Source: Tubulanus polymorphus (Eukaryota > Animalia > Nemertea). Taken from it: DNA of 64,000 bases. The stretch lies in NCBI RefSeq assembly GCF_964204645.1, contig NC_134025.1:13888001-13952000 (forward strand), in the 5' to 3' direction. The notes beneath the pieces were generated by a model. The model was not told the DNA's origin and did not search any database. It was given only the letters and a program-made list of their open reading frames with translations. Both the position numbers and the translations under genes were made by a program. Shown here piece by piece: positions 38,020 to 52,537 of this stretch; within the stretch, counting starts at the first letter, position 1; each line of letters starts with the position of its first letter.

Positions 38020-38130
38020 TATATAAAAGTACTCAAAAAATGGTTAGAAACATACAGCTGGTTACTCTATGATGAAAAACTGAAAATGATGTCGTACAAA
38101 TATTGTAGAACTGCTAAGAAGAGAGGACTG
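38020..38130 (+). pseudogene. hAT-type TTF zinc-finger remnant
   Basis: KWLETYSWLLYDEKLKMMSYKYCRTA resembles W..YPWL.Y....M.C..C. Confidence 0.4.
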
Positions 38131-38269
38131 AAGTTATGGCACAGCTTATTTCAAGTAATTAAAAGTGTTGTTGAACACCCTCTAGGCCTATCAAATTCCT
38201 TTTTTTTCTTTATCAATACCTTTTCTAAATAATGTCATTAATTTTTCAGGAAGAAATCATTTGAGGTAC

Positions 38270-40100
38270 ATGCAGTGTCACAAGACTACAGTGATGCATG
38301 TGCTGCATGTAACTAATATAACGGGGGTACAAGAGAAGCAACAAATTTGGAGATCAAAGTGTTGTGGGGGAGAAACCGTTATTAACATTAAAAAAATTTC
38401 CCGAGTGTTCGATGATCAGAGCCGATTAATGTGTTGTTTAGTTTTTTCTGAACAGGGGAAAATTATGGAGGCATTTTCAAAATCAAAATTTTGGCTGGTT
38501 TCGTATACATGATTGGCAACACCACTTTCAGGCTTAAAATTCTTAATATCATTCCTATTCTCACGGATGCGCTTGTTCAAGTCGCTCCCAGTTTCACCAA
38601 TATATATTTTATTACAAACTTAACAGGGAATTTTATATATACCAATGTTCAGGGGTTCAGTTTTGGGGGAGTTATGGGTAAGATTATGACAGAGTTTGTT
38701 GTAATAAGTAAAAATAAGTTCTTTGTTAAGAGATGCAGGGGAGTTTTACATTTTTCCAGGAAAGGAACAAAAGGTACAATAATAGGTTGTTAACGTGTGC
38801 GGGTCCCTTGAGAATTACAAAAATGTGAACAACAGGCTCTCAAGAGAGCTTTATTCAAAATGTCATCGGGGTAGGCTAATTTATTGAGAGAAGTCTTGAT
38901 CTGGGTTATTTCATCATCCAAAAAAGGGGGTCAAAAATCCTAAAAGCAGGAAGAAATAAGCCTTGAGCAACACTAAGTTTAACGTTATAGGCAGTGAAGG
39001 AAAAATAATGCAAGTATGATCCAGAGTGGGTAGGTTTCCTATAAACTGAAAATTTCAAACAAGACAAACAATTGTGAATACAAACATCTAGAAATGGTAT
39101 TTTCCCATCAACTTCCAATTCAAATAAAAAGTTCAAGGAGGGATAAAAAGAATTGATAAATGTAAGAAATAGATCAATATCAAAGTCACAAGGTATAAGG
39201 GCAAGAATATCATCAACGTAACATAACCAAAGTTTAGGGGGAGTATCCGTGTAAAGAGGTAGTAATTCGGTTTCAACGTGTTCGAGGAATAGGTTCGCTA
39301 GAATGGGACTAAGCGGATGCCCCATAGCCATGCCAAAAACCTGTTCGAAATGATAATAATCAAAACTGAAAAGGAGTTCTGGGTGCAAACTTCAATTAAT
39401 TCGATAATGCAATAAGTAGGAAAGTAAAATTTAAAATCCAATGACAGAAGGTTAGGTTTCAGAAAATCCAGGGTAGTCCTAAGAGGAACATTAGTGAAAA
39501 GAGAACTAGCATCAAACGAAATGAATCTGTCAAGACTGTACTTCAACAGGGAAAAAGGAAAGACCCGAACGCTACGAATCCGGACAGAGAACTGAACTTA
39601 TTTATAAACTCAAAAATCACGAACAACAAATCACATGATAAAACTGGTTTTACAATATCACTCAGAATGCATTTATATCATTGGTTCAATTTCCCGCCAA
39701 AAAATAATCACATGATTGACCACAACTCACAATAAACAAATTCACGTGAGAATCGTGACAGAATCTATCGTTACCAGGAATACTGCATTCTAGCCATTCT
39801 AATAAATCTTGGTTGTGTCGTAAATGAGTAGACAAGAACCAAGAACCTGGGATAATTGTTTAGCCAGAAATTTGGATAAACGATAAGAAGGAGAATTACA
39901 ATTATATACAATGGGGTGCAGCGGAACATCTTTCTTATGGATTTTAGGAAGCCCATAGATATAAGGTAGGGAGGGTAGACGTGATTGAAATTTCGAAAGA
40001 ATGTCTTTGGAGTCTGGAAACCTTTGAATAATACTAGACAGATTCTTATTAATTGAAGATTGCATACATTGCGCAAATATACTCTTATTCAAGTTTTTGG
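38270..40100 (-). mobile_element. Penelope-like element (RT + GIY-YIG), degenerate, with an unrelated insert at ~39545-39830
   Basis: YGLPKIHK..VPLHPIV, SFDASSLFTNVP, GMAMGHPLSPILANLF, YVDD, IPFLDV, YRKPTH; GIYKIPC..CNKIYIGETG..KRIRE near 38560-38650. Confidence 0.9.
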
Positions 40101-40265
40101 CTTTATCTATCGTGGCACTCCTCGCGTTTATCCATCATACATGATGAATCAATGGTAAACTGCTTTCAAGTTATGTCAGTGCTCTAGTCCCCATAACGTA
40201 ATGTGCAGCGATTAGTGTCCTATTTCATATTTCATGTATTAATACTGTATTTGGCAAGTCATTCT

Positions 40266-40305
40266 AGACTGAGGAAGGGTGGTAGTAACCACCCGAAATA
40301 TTTCT
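40266..40305 (+). ncRNA. Minimal hammerhead ribozyme, antisense to the adjacent PLE ORF
   Basis: aga-CTGAGGA-a-gggtggt(agta)accaccc-GAAA-tatt (palindromic aatatt)-tct. Confidence 0.75.
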
Positions 40306-40439
40306 TATATGTTTTAATAAATATTTTATCATCTAATTCTTTTATTGTGGGATTTTACTCGCATCATACATGATTATTGTGTTTTCTTCTTGACTCATGC
40401 TTAGGTATCAATATAATGTGAAAAACTTTTCCCACCTTC

Positions 40440-41050
40440 GAATGAGTACTGATGACACCAAGATGGCTGCCAATTGCATCGTAATTGGCTGATCAAAAAA
40501 ACCTGTCTCAGGTATAAAAGATCCCTTTCAAAGAATACCCATCACAAATTGCAATGAGAAATGGCAAACCAGTAGCAAGTTACAGGACTCAGAATTCTGG
40601 CCAAAATTAACATTTTTGGGCACTAAAAGGGTCATAGGATGGCCATCTTGAGTCCGCTCGACTCAATTTTTCTTATGCTGATGAACCCTTGGGGAATTCA
40701 AATATGTACAAAATATCAAGGTAATTTAACTAAGAATCTTCAAAATTTCCCTCAAAAGTTAAAAAATGTGTAAAAATGTGTGCTGATTTTGGCGAACAAT
40801 GGCTGCCAGTCAGCCATCTTCAGACAGGGCCAGTTTTGTGTCTGAAGATGTGTCTAGGGTAGATACATGTGTAACCCAAATATCAATACATTACATTGAA
40901 ATGTCTTAAAAGCTTCCCAAAATAACTGGATTCCGCCTACAGATGGACGGACTGATGAAATGACAAAAGAATGCTTTGATAGATGGACGGACGATGGAAG
41001 AAAGTGAACGCAATAGCCTACTGGGAATAAAGTCCCAAGTGGGCTAAAAA
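40440..41050 (+). repeat. Helentron-associated (HINE/DINE-like) element
   Basis: caagatggc/ggccatcttg cores, gacggac microsatellite, terminal hairpin agcctactggga..tcccaagtgggct followed by A-run. Confidence 0.7.
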
Positions 41051-41099
41051 TCAATTCGATGGGTCATCTTTTGTAAGTATTAGGTTATACAATGGGTCA

Positions 41100-44000
41100 A
41101 AATAGGATATTTGGTGAATACTTAAAAGTTATTTTGCTTGATTGATATCCGAAGCGCCTGTGTTAGCCATGTTTGACCCTAGTAAAGAATTGATACTCGA
41201 AGATGATGCATCCAATTATGTGTGAAAGGTTAAAAAGATCGATATTGAGATTGCTCATCGAGTACCCAGGAAAAACAAACAGTCCAGCGATAATACCCCA
41301 GATGGGATAATCGTCAGATTCAATGATCGGGAACTTAGAAACGATATCCATGCTAACAGAAAACATTTGAAGGGTAAAGAATTATTTCTTTGTGAGGACT
41401 TGTGCCCCGAAGTGTACAAATGTAAAATGAGAGCATCGGACAGTGATAAATTTACGAAAGTTTGGACTCAAAATGGTTTTGTCTATGGTATCGATAAAGT
41501 CACGGAAGAAAAGCACAAACTGAAAATTTTTGATCCTGAATTTGGGTTGAAATTATCCAGTTCTTTGTTGGGCTATTGTACTATTTAGATAGATATGGTA
41601 ACTACATGTTCCGCTAAGTTGACATTTCCTCACTGTATTATAGTATACTATATCAGTTGTGCATTATTGCTTTGTAACTTGTAGCAAACATACTTTATGA
41701 TCTCCACTTGGCTTGAAAATCCCATGATCATATACAAAAGCAAGTTTTCATCCAATTGATTAACATAAAGTACTCGCTCAATTCAGAATGTACTCGTATA
41801 TATATTTTTTATGAATAGCTTCGTATACATTTATATGTATGTGTATGCGTATATATATGTATATATGTGCATGTGCGTGTATGTGTATATGCATACATAT
41901 ACATGTATATGTATGTGTATGTATATGTACATGTGTGTGTGTGTGTATGTGTATAGTGTATGGATTCCCAGTCAACCCGAAATCCATGCATTACATATAT
42001 TGCATATGTTGTAAATGGCTTCTACACTACACTTATTATGTTTGTACATAGTTCCATGATAAAAAGAATTGTGGACGATCCTGCCAAAATCAAACGGGCT
42101 TAATCTTGAAATGTTTTCGTAAAATGCAATATCTTATCTGTGAACAATTTTCTATACATTTTATCGCCGTGAATTCCCAGAAAATTAACCCCTACTAGAA
42201 CTCCTGCATTCCATAACAATATGATATCCAACTCAAGATTTAAAATATTTAGGTTGTTGAGTACCCCAACATAAACTTAGAAATGTCATTAAATGTTTAT
42301 CCATCCATCATGTTATCATTTCCTCATCCTTTCATTGGAGTACTAGCCAGCTTAGACCTTTTTGATAAATATGTGTCTAGGTAACATGGATATGTCGACA
42401 AGATTGGAGAAAATTTATAATGATAAAGAATTTGATTTTTCAAGGTTAATTGATGATTTTCAAATGTTTGAAAAATTGTGTCCTTATGTTGAATCATCAG
42501 AGCTTGGGCAATTTGACTGTATAGGTAGTCTTAATGTACTTCATTTGAATATTCATAATTTACCGTCTAAACTAGATGAACTAGAAAATGTAATCAAAAG
42601 CTGCCGACAATGCAATTATGAAATAGATGTAATAATGTTATGCGAGACATTTCTAAACGATGTAAATTTTGATCTTTATAATATACCGGGATATAATTTT
42701 GTAGAAAGGCACCGCACCAATCTAATTCGAGGAGGAGTTGCAATCTATATAAATGATGAAATCGATTTTAAAATTCGAGGTGATCTATCAATTTTTAAAG
42801 AAAGACAGTTTGAATCGTGTATCCTCGAAATAAAAGACTTGAGAAAACTCACCCACGATATGTAAACTACTTAAATTATCGGAACAACTTAAATTATATA
42901 AAGCGTAGGGCCAAGAAAACCTACTACGCTGACAAAATTTTATCATTTGAAAATAATGCAAGAAAGCTGTGGAGTTTTTTGAAAACAGTCATAGGTAAGC
43001 AAAATGATAAAACATGTGTAACTTCTAGTAATTTCATAATTAAAGGAAAAGTAATGAGTGATCCTGTAGAAATATGTAACTCTTTCAATGACTTTTTCAG
43101 TACAGTTGGAAAGTCATTTGCCTCAAAAATAAAGAACCCTACCAATAATTATGATGTATACTTAAAGCGATCTAACAATAACTCAATATTTCTTTTTCCT
43201 ACGGACCAAAAAGAAGTTCAAACTTTCATAAATAGTCTACCTTACAAAACTAGCTGTGGTCATGATAATTTGAATAACATACTAATAAAATCAATTGCCC
43301 ATGAGATTTCTATGCCTTTAACAATTGTATCCAACAAGTCGATGAGTGAAGGTCACTTCCCTACAAATATGAAAACCGCTAAAGTTGTGCCTATTTTTAA
43401 AGCTAAAGACAAAAAAGACATCAATAATTATAGACCGATATCCCTCCTACCAGTTTTATCTAAATTACTGGAAAAGATCATACATAAAAGACTCTACAAC
43501 TTTGTCAATAAAAATAACTTACTCTATAAAAGCCAATACGGATTTAGAGCCAATCACTCAACCAGTCATGCTTTGACTGAATTTTTGAGTCATGCTATTA
43601 ATAGTATTGATACAAAGAACTTTATGCTAAGTGTATATTTAGATCTTTCTAAAGCTTTCGACTCACTCGATATTAATATTCTTATCAAAAAATTAAATTA
43701 TTATGGCGTTCGTGGAATAGCTTTAGATTGGTTTAAAAGCTATCTTACAGATTGAAATATGTTTGTGCAATATAAAAATCATAATTCAGAGTTGAGAAGC
43801 GTTGAGTATGGAATACCACAGGGCTCAATACTAGGGCCTCTGCTTTTTATCATTTATACCAACGACTTGACCCTAAATTTAAAAAGTTGTAAAGCTGTTC
43901 TCTTTGCGGACGACAGTACACTATTTGTTATTAATAAAAATCTTAAAGTTCTAGTTTCTAATATGAAAAATGACCTAAATGTTGTTATAGATTGGTTTAA

Positions 44001-45057
44001 AGCCAATAAGCTTACCCTTAACCTTACTAAAACAGCATATATGTTATTTAAGCCTTATTCATTTAAAGTTAATCATAATGAAATCAATCTGAAATTTGGC
44101 AATCAGTCCGTAAAAAATGTAAAAAATTTCAATCTGCTTGGTCTTAATATAAGTGAAAATTTGTCCTTTGAAGAACATGCCCATACCGTAATTAACAAAA
44201 TCAATAAAAATCTATACATGATTAAAACACTTAAAAATTTTGTTCCAACCTGGACCAAAAGAATCCTATACTTCAGTTATATCCAAAGCCACCTAACATA
44301 TTGCCTAAACTTATGGGCTCCTCTAATTACCAAATCTACTCTGGACAAAATATTCATCCTTCAAAAAAGAGGAGTACGTTTGATCAAAAATTCAGATATT
44401 TGCTCACCATCGTCCCCGGCATTCAAGTCATTAAATATATTTAAGCTATATGATCTAATCAATCTTGAAATGTTAAAAACTGCATATAACCTCTGCAAAT
44501 CCAAACTACCGGCACCGGTCCTAGATATATTTAATAGAAATTCATTTACTCATAATTATAACACCTGCCAAAGAAACCATCCCAGAATAGGCTTACATAA
44601 CACAAGTTTATATAATAGATCCTTTATGAAAAATGTACCAATGATATGGCAAAACAGCACAGACACCTTGAGAAGTTCTCCAAGCATCAAAACACTGATA
44701 AATAGATTTAAGAAAATCACAATTTCCTCTTATTGAAATCAATTGAAATTAAATAATCGTTCTCTTAAATGATAATTCTCCAATTCATTGTCGCTTTAAA
44801 CATTGATAAAAATGTTCTATTTGTGGAATCAAATTTTAGGCAGGCTATTTCTCTCTTCATCCGCCCCATTCCATTTCATCTCAACCATAACACTTGTACT
44901 TGCTTTGTATTGTTGTCAGTGTGCATGGGACTCTCGGGTTTACAGCTTATAATGGCTTCCATGCATCCTGCCATATATATATATATATATATTTATATAA
45001 TGTATACTTTGTAATTTGTTAACCATATATATATGGAAAATAAACTTGAACTTGAAC
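41100..45057 (+). mobile_element. CR1/L2/Crack-group LINE: ORF1 remnant, APE-RT ORF2 with internal deletion, 3' tail
   Basis: ORF1 [77 protein letters not shown]. Stop at 43753. Ends aataaa(cttgaa)2. Confidence 0.92.
41797..41960. repeat. (TA/TG)n compound microsatellite
   Basis: Alternating purine-pyrimidine tract in the LINE ORF1-ORF2 spacer. Confidence 0.9.
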
Positions 45058-45079
45058 AGGATTGGATCTGTGTTGATAC

Positions 45080-47860
45080 AAGATGATCGTCCTGTGGCGT
45101 AAGCGAAAATTTTATCATTATACTTATGGACATGATATTAATATTGTGACCGATCACAAGCCACCGGTTGCGATCGTAGATAAACCGCTTCACAAGGCTC
45201 TGAAACAACAGGCCTTGCTGCTCTGTTATCAGAAATGTCAATTCTCAGTTATGTATAAGCCTGGAACTCAGATGCCCGCTCTCGGAGAAACCCGATAGTG
45301 AACTGATTAACTTTTCACCCCTCAAGCCAGACTGTTTGCAAAAGATGAGGCATGCTACTGTGCTGGATGAGGCCATCCCAAAATAATGATCTCTTTGCTG
45401 TAACCCGACCTACCCAACTTCTAAGGTACCGAGTGAAAACTTTTTTTGGGATTCATTGAAATAAATTCTATTTTTGATATTGTTTCCATATAAAAAAGGT
45501 GGTGAATTTTTTGCCCTAAAAATTATCAACAAGAAACTTAACTTCAATAAATTATTTGAGGCCTGCAAAAAATTGTAGAATTTCTGGTATAAGCTAATGT
45601 GGAATTGCAAATTTGATATCGAAGTTTTAAGAAATTTCTGGAATTATGAGATTTGGCGATTGGGTAGATGATACAGTCTTCGACTGGTCTAATAAAAAAA
45701 AAAATTGTCAACTTGTGACTTCGATTCACTTTTGCCTCTAAGCTGGTCTGCAACTTCATTGCCTCCATGGTTGAAAAAAGAGCTCTTCTGATGTCTGCTT
45801 CATCATGAGCATATCGTGTAGCCAGCCAGCCCGGTCCTGGGGCCCGGTCTGGCTGTCACTTGATATCCTAGACTTGAGTCTGGGTTGAAGTAGACATTGT
45901 CATTTAAATAACTTATTCATGTTATTCTGTATGAATTACCCGTGTGTCTTGTATTTTCTTATTTTAAAATTTGTAAATGTATTGATTTTTGGAATTTTAT
46001 CCCGGAATTTCAATGTAATAAGGATCAATAAAGTATTGAATTTAATTGTCACCTTATACACATGCCATCAGTGGAGGCGGAGCCGTATATGACAGCTATG
46101 CTATGATAAATTGCTAATCTCATGAAACCTGCATACGTCTAATATCGAACATATTTTCTAAAACATTTGAATATTGAAATTATATGTTTACACATAGACC
46201 GCTTGTAGCCACATATGAAATTCACGCCGGCCCAACTCAGATCGTAGATAGCTTCGTCATTCCACTAGCATCCCCATGTCAGGGTCTGACTTTTATATCA
46301 GACTTCCAAATCGTGTATACATCCGCCATTTAACCGAATAATCCGATTTACTTATCATTTCTATTTATCCCTGCCGCTCCTGATATAATCATACATCCTT
46401 TACTATTACAATACGTCTTCTCATGATATTCAATGCGATATAAATATTTATCAATAATATTTTGCCAAATAGCTTGTATGTGTACACATAAACCTGTGAC
46501 GTTTTGCACATCGATTTACGGTTGTCGTTTGTAAAATGACGCTGAATGGTTATCATTGTTAAGGTTTCATAATGGTAACGTTTTATAAGTCGTCAAAAAA
46601 ATACTTCTACCTACCTACCGACTCATCCTGTAAACTTGAGTCGGTGTTACGGCAAACAGACAATTATTTTGGGATGGCCTGAGACCCTTACTTCTCTAAA
46701 ACAGTCCATTATCAAGGGTTGGCCTGTCGCGATGAATACACCGTCCAAGAGGGAATAGTGTTACCCAGCGAAAGGGTCGTAATCCCAAAAAGCATGTGCA
46801 CTGAGTTGAAAGATCGTCTACACGCCGGACACCTAGGCATCAACACCTGTCTTCATCGTGTTAGGGAGTTGATATAATGGCCACGTATGTCTACAGAAGT
46901 CAGTTCTACGAATCGTGTTCTACATGCGCTCTGACCGAACGGTTGGATATGCATGTCGTTCAATGCAGGCTGTGGCAAAAGGTCGGATCGGACCTTTTCA
47001 CCTACAAAAATTTGGCATTACCTTGTGACGTCCGATTACTTAAGTAACTTCTTTGAACCTGATTATCTCCCGTCGACCGATGCCAAATCTGTTATCGCTA
47101 AAATCAAGCATCACTTTGCATGTCACAGAATACCAGACACATTTGTGAGTGATGGTGGCCTGCAATATACTTCCTCAGAATTCAGAGCTTTTTGGAAGAG
47201 TTGGGGATTCTCACATGAGTTCTCCAGTCTGGGAAGCTGATGGGGTTTCAGAAGCTGCCATAAAACAAGCTAAACGATTAATGCGTAAGTCGGTTCTGTG
47301 TAATGAAGATCCCTATATCGGTCTTCTTAATTTGCAGAATACTCTGTCTGAAGGGTTGAACAGCAGCCACTCTTTGGAAAAGCAGATACTCTTTGGATGC
47401 TGCACTAAGACTCAAATATCCACCACGGCCGAATTATTCAAAACAAATGCGTCCTCTCTTGCAGGGCAAATCCGTAAGAAAGAACACATGAGAATAGAAA
47501 CGGCCGCTAGGTTGAACGCTAACCAGAAGGAGTTAAAACACCTTCAACCTGAAGACATATAGTACATGTACAACCAACACAACATGGTGACAGAGCGTGG
47601 AAACCAGCCACTGTTGTGAAATGTTTGCAAGAACATTTGAGTAACAAACACCCCATGGCACGCTTTTGCGATGTAATAGACAGCAGTTGCGATTTAAACC
47701 ACATGGAGTCCGCGAAGCTCCAAGCAGAAGTCTGTCACCGTTGGTCTCGTCAAAGACAGACAAAATACCTGCTCTTCAGTCTGTGCCGTCATCTGTCCTA
47801 ACCGAGCCACTGCCGACTCCTGGTCACGCGTGCTGGTCGAATGGTCAAGCCCCCAAACAA
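45080..47860 (+). mobile_element. Gypsy pol remnant (RNase H-integrase) split by a MITE
   Basis: VTDHKP..YKPG (45100-45270); LHAGHLGINTC, DYLSNFFE, VSDGGLQYTS, GVSEAAIKQAK (46690-47450). Confidence 0.85.
45371..46679. mobile_element. PIF/Harbinger-like MITE
   Basis: tga|ggccatcccaaaataat ... attattttgggatggcc|tga; 3-bp TNA TSD. Confidence 0.88.
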
Positions 47861-48199
47861 ATTGACTCATTGACTTATTTAATTATGTCCAGACTAGGCA
47901 TATTCTATAGAAAATATTGAAACTAATAATGCATAAACTGAATTTACAACTGTATAACATTTTTAGATTTTGTGACTTGTATTAGTTTATTCTAGTAATA
48001 GGGTATCTTGTTACAAATTATTGACATATAAGGCCCTTCAAGGTTGATACCCAAATTTGTCATTTTCTCCTGAACAATATGATAATGCTTCAAAATGCGG
48101 ACATAGGGAGAGGAGCAGGAGGGTAAAATTTTGGCTTTTGTCGACAACTTTTATGGATAGCCCATGGCTTACCTAGGTTTTTTCTATTATCACCTGTCT

Positions 48200-50350
48200 T
48201 CAGCAACTATAAGCATGCGTCCCAGGGCAACTTGAAGTGTTCTAGATGCTAAACCAATGTCACCATGCCTCGATTCATGGAAATGTAATCAGTATCAATC
48301 AAGTGATGCCATCTATCAACAGCATCATGAAACTAGCAGTGGTTTCCAGGGATGGCATCGAACAAAGAAATGGTCAATGCTATGGTAGACGACAGAATCA
48401 TGAAAACATACATCGATTCTGATGTCGCGTCTGAATTAGTACTTAGTGGCATGATTTCATAGTCGATATCAGTGCGTTAAACGGTAATATAGAGTCATTT
48501 GAAACAATGCCAGTGGAGGTTATATTACAAAGCATTTAGTCCCATAGTCGACGTGTTAATTGGATTAGATTATGCCAACTTGACTTGTTGTTGAAAGAGA
48601 TGATTGGTAAGCCTGGTGAACCAGTTGCGTGATTAACACCACTTGGTCGGACTTTAAGAAAGCAAAATCGTCAGACACGTAGATATTTCTCATGTATACG
48701 TACGTACTTATGTCGCACACAAAAATTTCAATGACTCAATTTGAATATTCTAGGAAATCGAGACTTGTGAAGCCGATAAGCCAGCAAGATAAGCTAGCAT
48801 CAGTGATCGAAAGAATCATCAAAATACGTTGACTGACACTATCAAGTTGCAATACCGTGGAAACAGGACGCAGCAATTTTGGCAGACAATTACAAAATGG
48901 TGTTTGACCGATTGAAAAGTACTGAAAAGCCCGTATCCGAATTGAGTGCAGAAAAATTGTGGTATTTCCTCATTTTTGCGGATGTGCGACCCATGCATTA
49001 TGTTCGATGCAGCAGCCAAACACGAAGGCATTTCGTTAAATGAAACGGTAATGCGGAGTCCAAACTTGCAGAATGAGTCATCTGTTTTACTACATTTTCG
49101 TAGATTCCTTGTCACGCTCGTTCGAAACATAGCTGAAATGTTCGCTGTATGTTGGAGTAGTACCACAAGATAGTCAAGTCGATATTTCCGTTTTCTCTGG
49201 TGTGACATCGATAATGACAGAGAACCCAACATCTGCTGTCAGCGCGTCACCATTTCCAGCTCAGTTTGTCCCCTAGGAAAATGCGCATAAATATTCTCAT
49301 AAATATATGACCGCAGCCGAAACAGTCTTAAAATACATGTATACGGATGACAGCATGGACTCAGTTTTAGACAACCAGACTAGTGTTGAGTTATATAAGT
49401 AATTATCGAAATCATGGGAAAACGCTGAAATGGTAGCTAGAAAAAATAACTTTCCAACGCGACTGCAGTGCTTGAGCAGATTCTGTTAGGAAAGATAGTT
49501 TCGTAGTAAAGTTGCTACAATATTTGAACACAAACTTCTCGCGCTGGTCATTGTAAGTGCAAAGATCCTACAAGAAATTTGTGAAGCAGGTTATGACTGG
49601 GACGATAAATTAGATTGTGCGTTAGTACGAAAGGCAAAAAACTGGTTGGATAAATTGCATAATCTGGCATTGGTGAACGTTCCTAGGTGCTTACGCTTAG
49701 ACCAGGACTACTTTGTTAACTGTATGGAGTTGCACACGTGAGTTGATGCCTCACAAGAGGCATATGGTGCCGTTTACTATTTACTACACTCCATGTGCGT
49801 ATAATACTGGTTAAGTGTTGTGTCCTATCGTGGCATAGAAAAAGTAAGGTAGCTCCACTGATTGCAACGTCCATACATCTTTTAGAACTTACGGCGGCAG
49901 AATTCGGATTGAAGTTGTCACTTGTTGTTGTTAAAGCATAAGAAATCTCGATCAATGACTGTTTGTCTTGGACAGACAGTATAGATGTTCTCAGTAGGGT
50001 CTGCATTCATAGTAGAACATTCAAACCATTTGTTGCTAACCGTATAGGTTATACTCAGTCTAATTCTGAACCGAGCCAGTGGTGCTACATATCATCGATC
50101 AGTAATCCAGCAGATCTAGAATCTTGAGGGACAGCCGTTTCAAAGTTAGAAGACTGTGTGGTCTGGTGGAATGGACCAGGTTATTTAGTGATAAGTGATA
50201 AAAGTATGTGGCTACAAAAAGTCATAGATCTTCATCCGAAGTACTCAGTCGAAAAAAGGAAGCCAAATCAAGTTCATATGTAACAGGAGGTGGCAAAATC
50301 AAGCAAGCTGCTTGGGTGGCCACCCAGACGCGTTCGTGTTGGCTTATGCG
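48200..50350 (+). mobile_element. Old BEL/Pao pol remnant
   Basis: MFDAAAKHEGISLNE, YTDDSMDS, DAS..AYG, KSKVAPL..LEL, WTDS, FVANRI, NPAD, WWNGP; many stops. Confidence 0.82.
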
Positions 50351-51706
50351 TTTGGACAGCCAACTGAAATATGCTTAATTTCTATCTTATGATTTGTGTT
50401 TCCCTATTCTTTTACCAAGAAAGAGTTGGATAACGAAACCGATCGTAAACCATTACCATTATTATCATGTTGCAGGGACGAATCATATTCTGTCAGATAC
50501 ATTAGCTCGTTATTGGATAATATCAGTATAAATATATAAATTTGCGTAGTTACATAACTATTTGCAGTGAATTGCAGACAAAACATGAAGCCTTAATGGC
50601 CATTTACAAAAACCTAATAGCAATCACAATTGAAAGATGGGCACTGTTAGATTCAGCGCAGAAGTTAGTGAATTGAAGGAGTTACTCATATCCAGTAACA
50701 TTGGTTTAGTAAGGTGCTTTATGAGCTCATACTTAACATAAAAGGAAAGGCATGTTATAATAGTACAAGGTAATTAGATTTTAAATGACAAACAGTTGTT
50801 TATACAAGGAAGAGAAGGTAAATACGAAACGCATTTTTAAGTCGGCCTAATAGATTTTGAAATAAAATACATATAATCATTATAAATTATAAGCCTTCGT
50901 TAAATCAAAAGCATCTCGGATGACATTTTCATATTTTTGTTGCTGAAACTGGAATCAAATCTAGCTGTATCGGGAGATGGGAAAGTATTCTAAGTTCCAT
51001 ACAAACTCTGTCAGGATTTTCAGGATTCAAAAGCCAAGACCTAAGGTTAAAAAATTGTCTCTCCACTCTTTGCCGAGCTTAAAAGTTGACTCGGACAGCC
51101 ACCTATCTACCCTGTACATTACTTTTTTAAACCATGATCTATGAAATATTATCATAACAGACTCGGCAGTTTTAGGAATGAACCGATTACTAAGTTTATA
51201 ATATTTTACAACTAAAAAGATTTTTTGCGTGTGGTTGGGTTAGCAACAAATGCGACATTTGAATTCTCTATCTATTCTCAACCTACAGTAGACCAGTTCA
51301 ACATGAACAATATACACGTGCAAGCAATATTATATTCGCGGGACAGAAGCGATAGTCTATGTTCCCTCGTAGTATCATTCTAGTAGCAATGCAAATTAAA
51401 CCATGCCATATGCGCGGATCCCAACGACCCTGCAACGAAACCGTCTCATCATAAACCTTAGCGTGAAGCCGTAGCACAAATAAGACGCAGAGGCAAGATC
51501 GTAGCGAGTAAGCTACATCGAATGCATTGTTCGAATTCAACTATGTACTGCACAATATTGGTCGACCTGTATGGTGTTTAATGCGAATTAGAATGGTTTA
51601 AAATTCATCTGCATATCCATACAAGCGCTCTTTTCGTCAAGATAACCCCGGCGTTAGCATAGTTAATTTTAGTTCAAAGATTTTCAAACAAATCTTTTTA
51701 CATTAA

Positions 51707-52537
51707 CCCTTACAATACCAGTACCGCATGGCATAGGGTACAAATTGGGAAGCTAGCATTCCCATACCGTACCATATATGATAAGGTATCGCTTAACCCT
51801 TCTTCCAGAAGGGCATATCTATCAGTATCAGCCGGTGCTGCCATCTGCAAAAAATCCAAGATGGCACCAGCCAGGAAAAAACAATTTGGCTGGATAAAAC
51901 TGTTCAGCAGCTCGTAAATATGCTGACAGTGATGCTGGTGACTTGGAATTTGATAGTGCAGGCAATGATTTCGATGATGATGAAAATGAAATCACATATA
52001 TCCAAATTATTTGTCTAATTTGTAGACCCAAAAGTTATCAACACCATGATATATAATATTTCAGTGTCTAACACATAGGTAACAGTTTTCTGAGGACTGA
52101 AATTATACCCCAATGAAACCCCTTACATCTGGCCTTCTGACATATCGGTAGAAAAGTGGGTAAATGAGTGGAAAAAAAAAACTTTTGAGTTGTTTTATTG
52201 CTTTGAAATTTTTACTACATAAAGTAAGGATACATAGTATACAATTTCAGTTGAAATTGAATAGATCAGTGCATTTTCCTAGGAGACGGAGCAGTTTATC
52301 TGAAATTTTTTAGTGAATTTTTTATGGCGACTATCTTGGATTATGTGACCTTGACCTCAAGTTCACTTATATCCAAATTATTTATGTTTACTTTGTAGGC
52401 CCAAAAGTTATCAACAACATGCTATATAATTTTTCTGTCAGATATTTTGGTAACTATTTAATGAAGCCTCAAATATATCCCTATAAACCCCTAAATTCCC
52501 GGTACAGCAGGGGAGACACACTGCGGTATTGCAAGGG
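51707..52537. mobile_element. piggyBac-like MITE
   Basis: ttaa|cccttacaatacc ... ggtattgcaaggg|ttaa; internal ~60-bp duplication near 51997 and 52369. Confidence 0.8.

Noticed and set aside
41778-42051. His/Thr- or Cys/Val/Met-rich ORFs
   Set aside because: Translation of a (TA/TG)n microsatellite.
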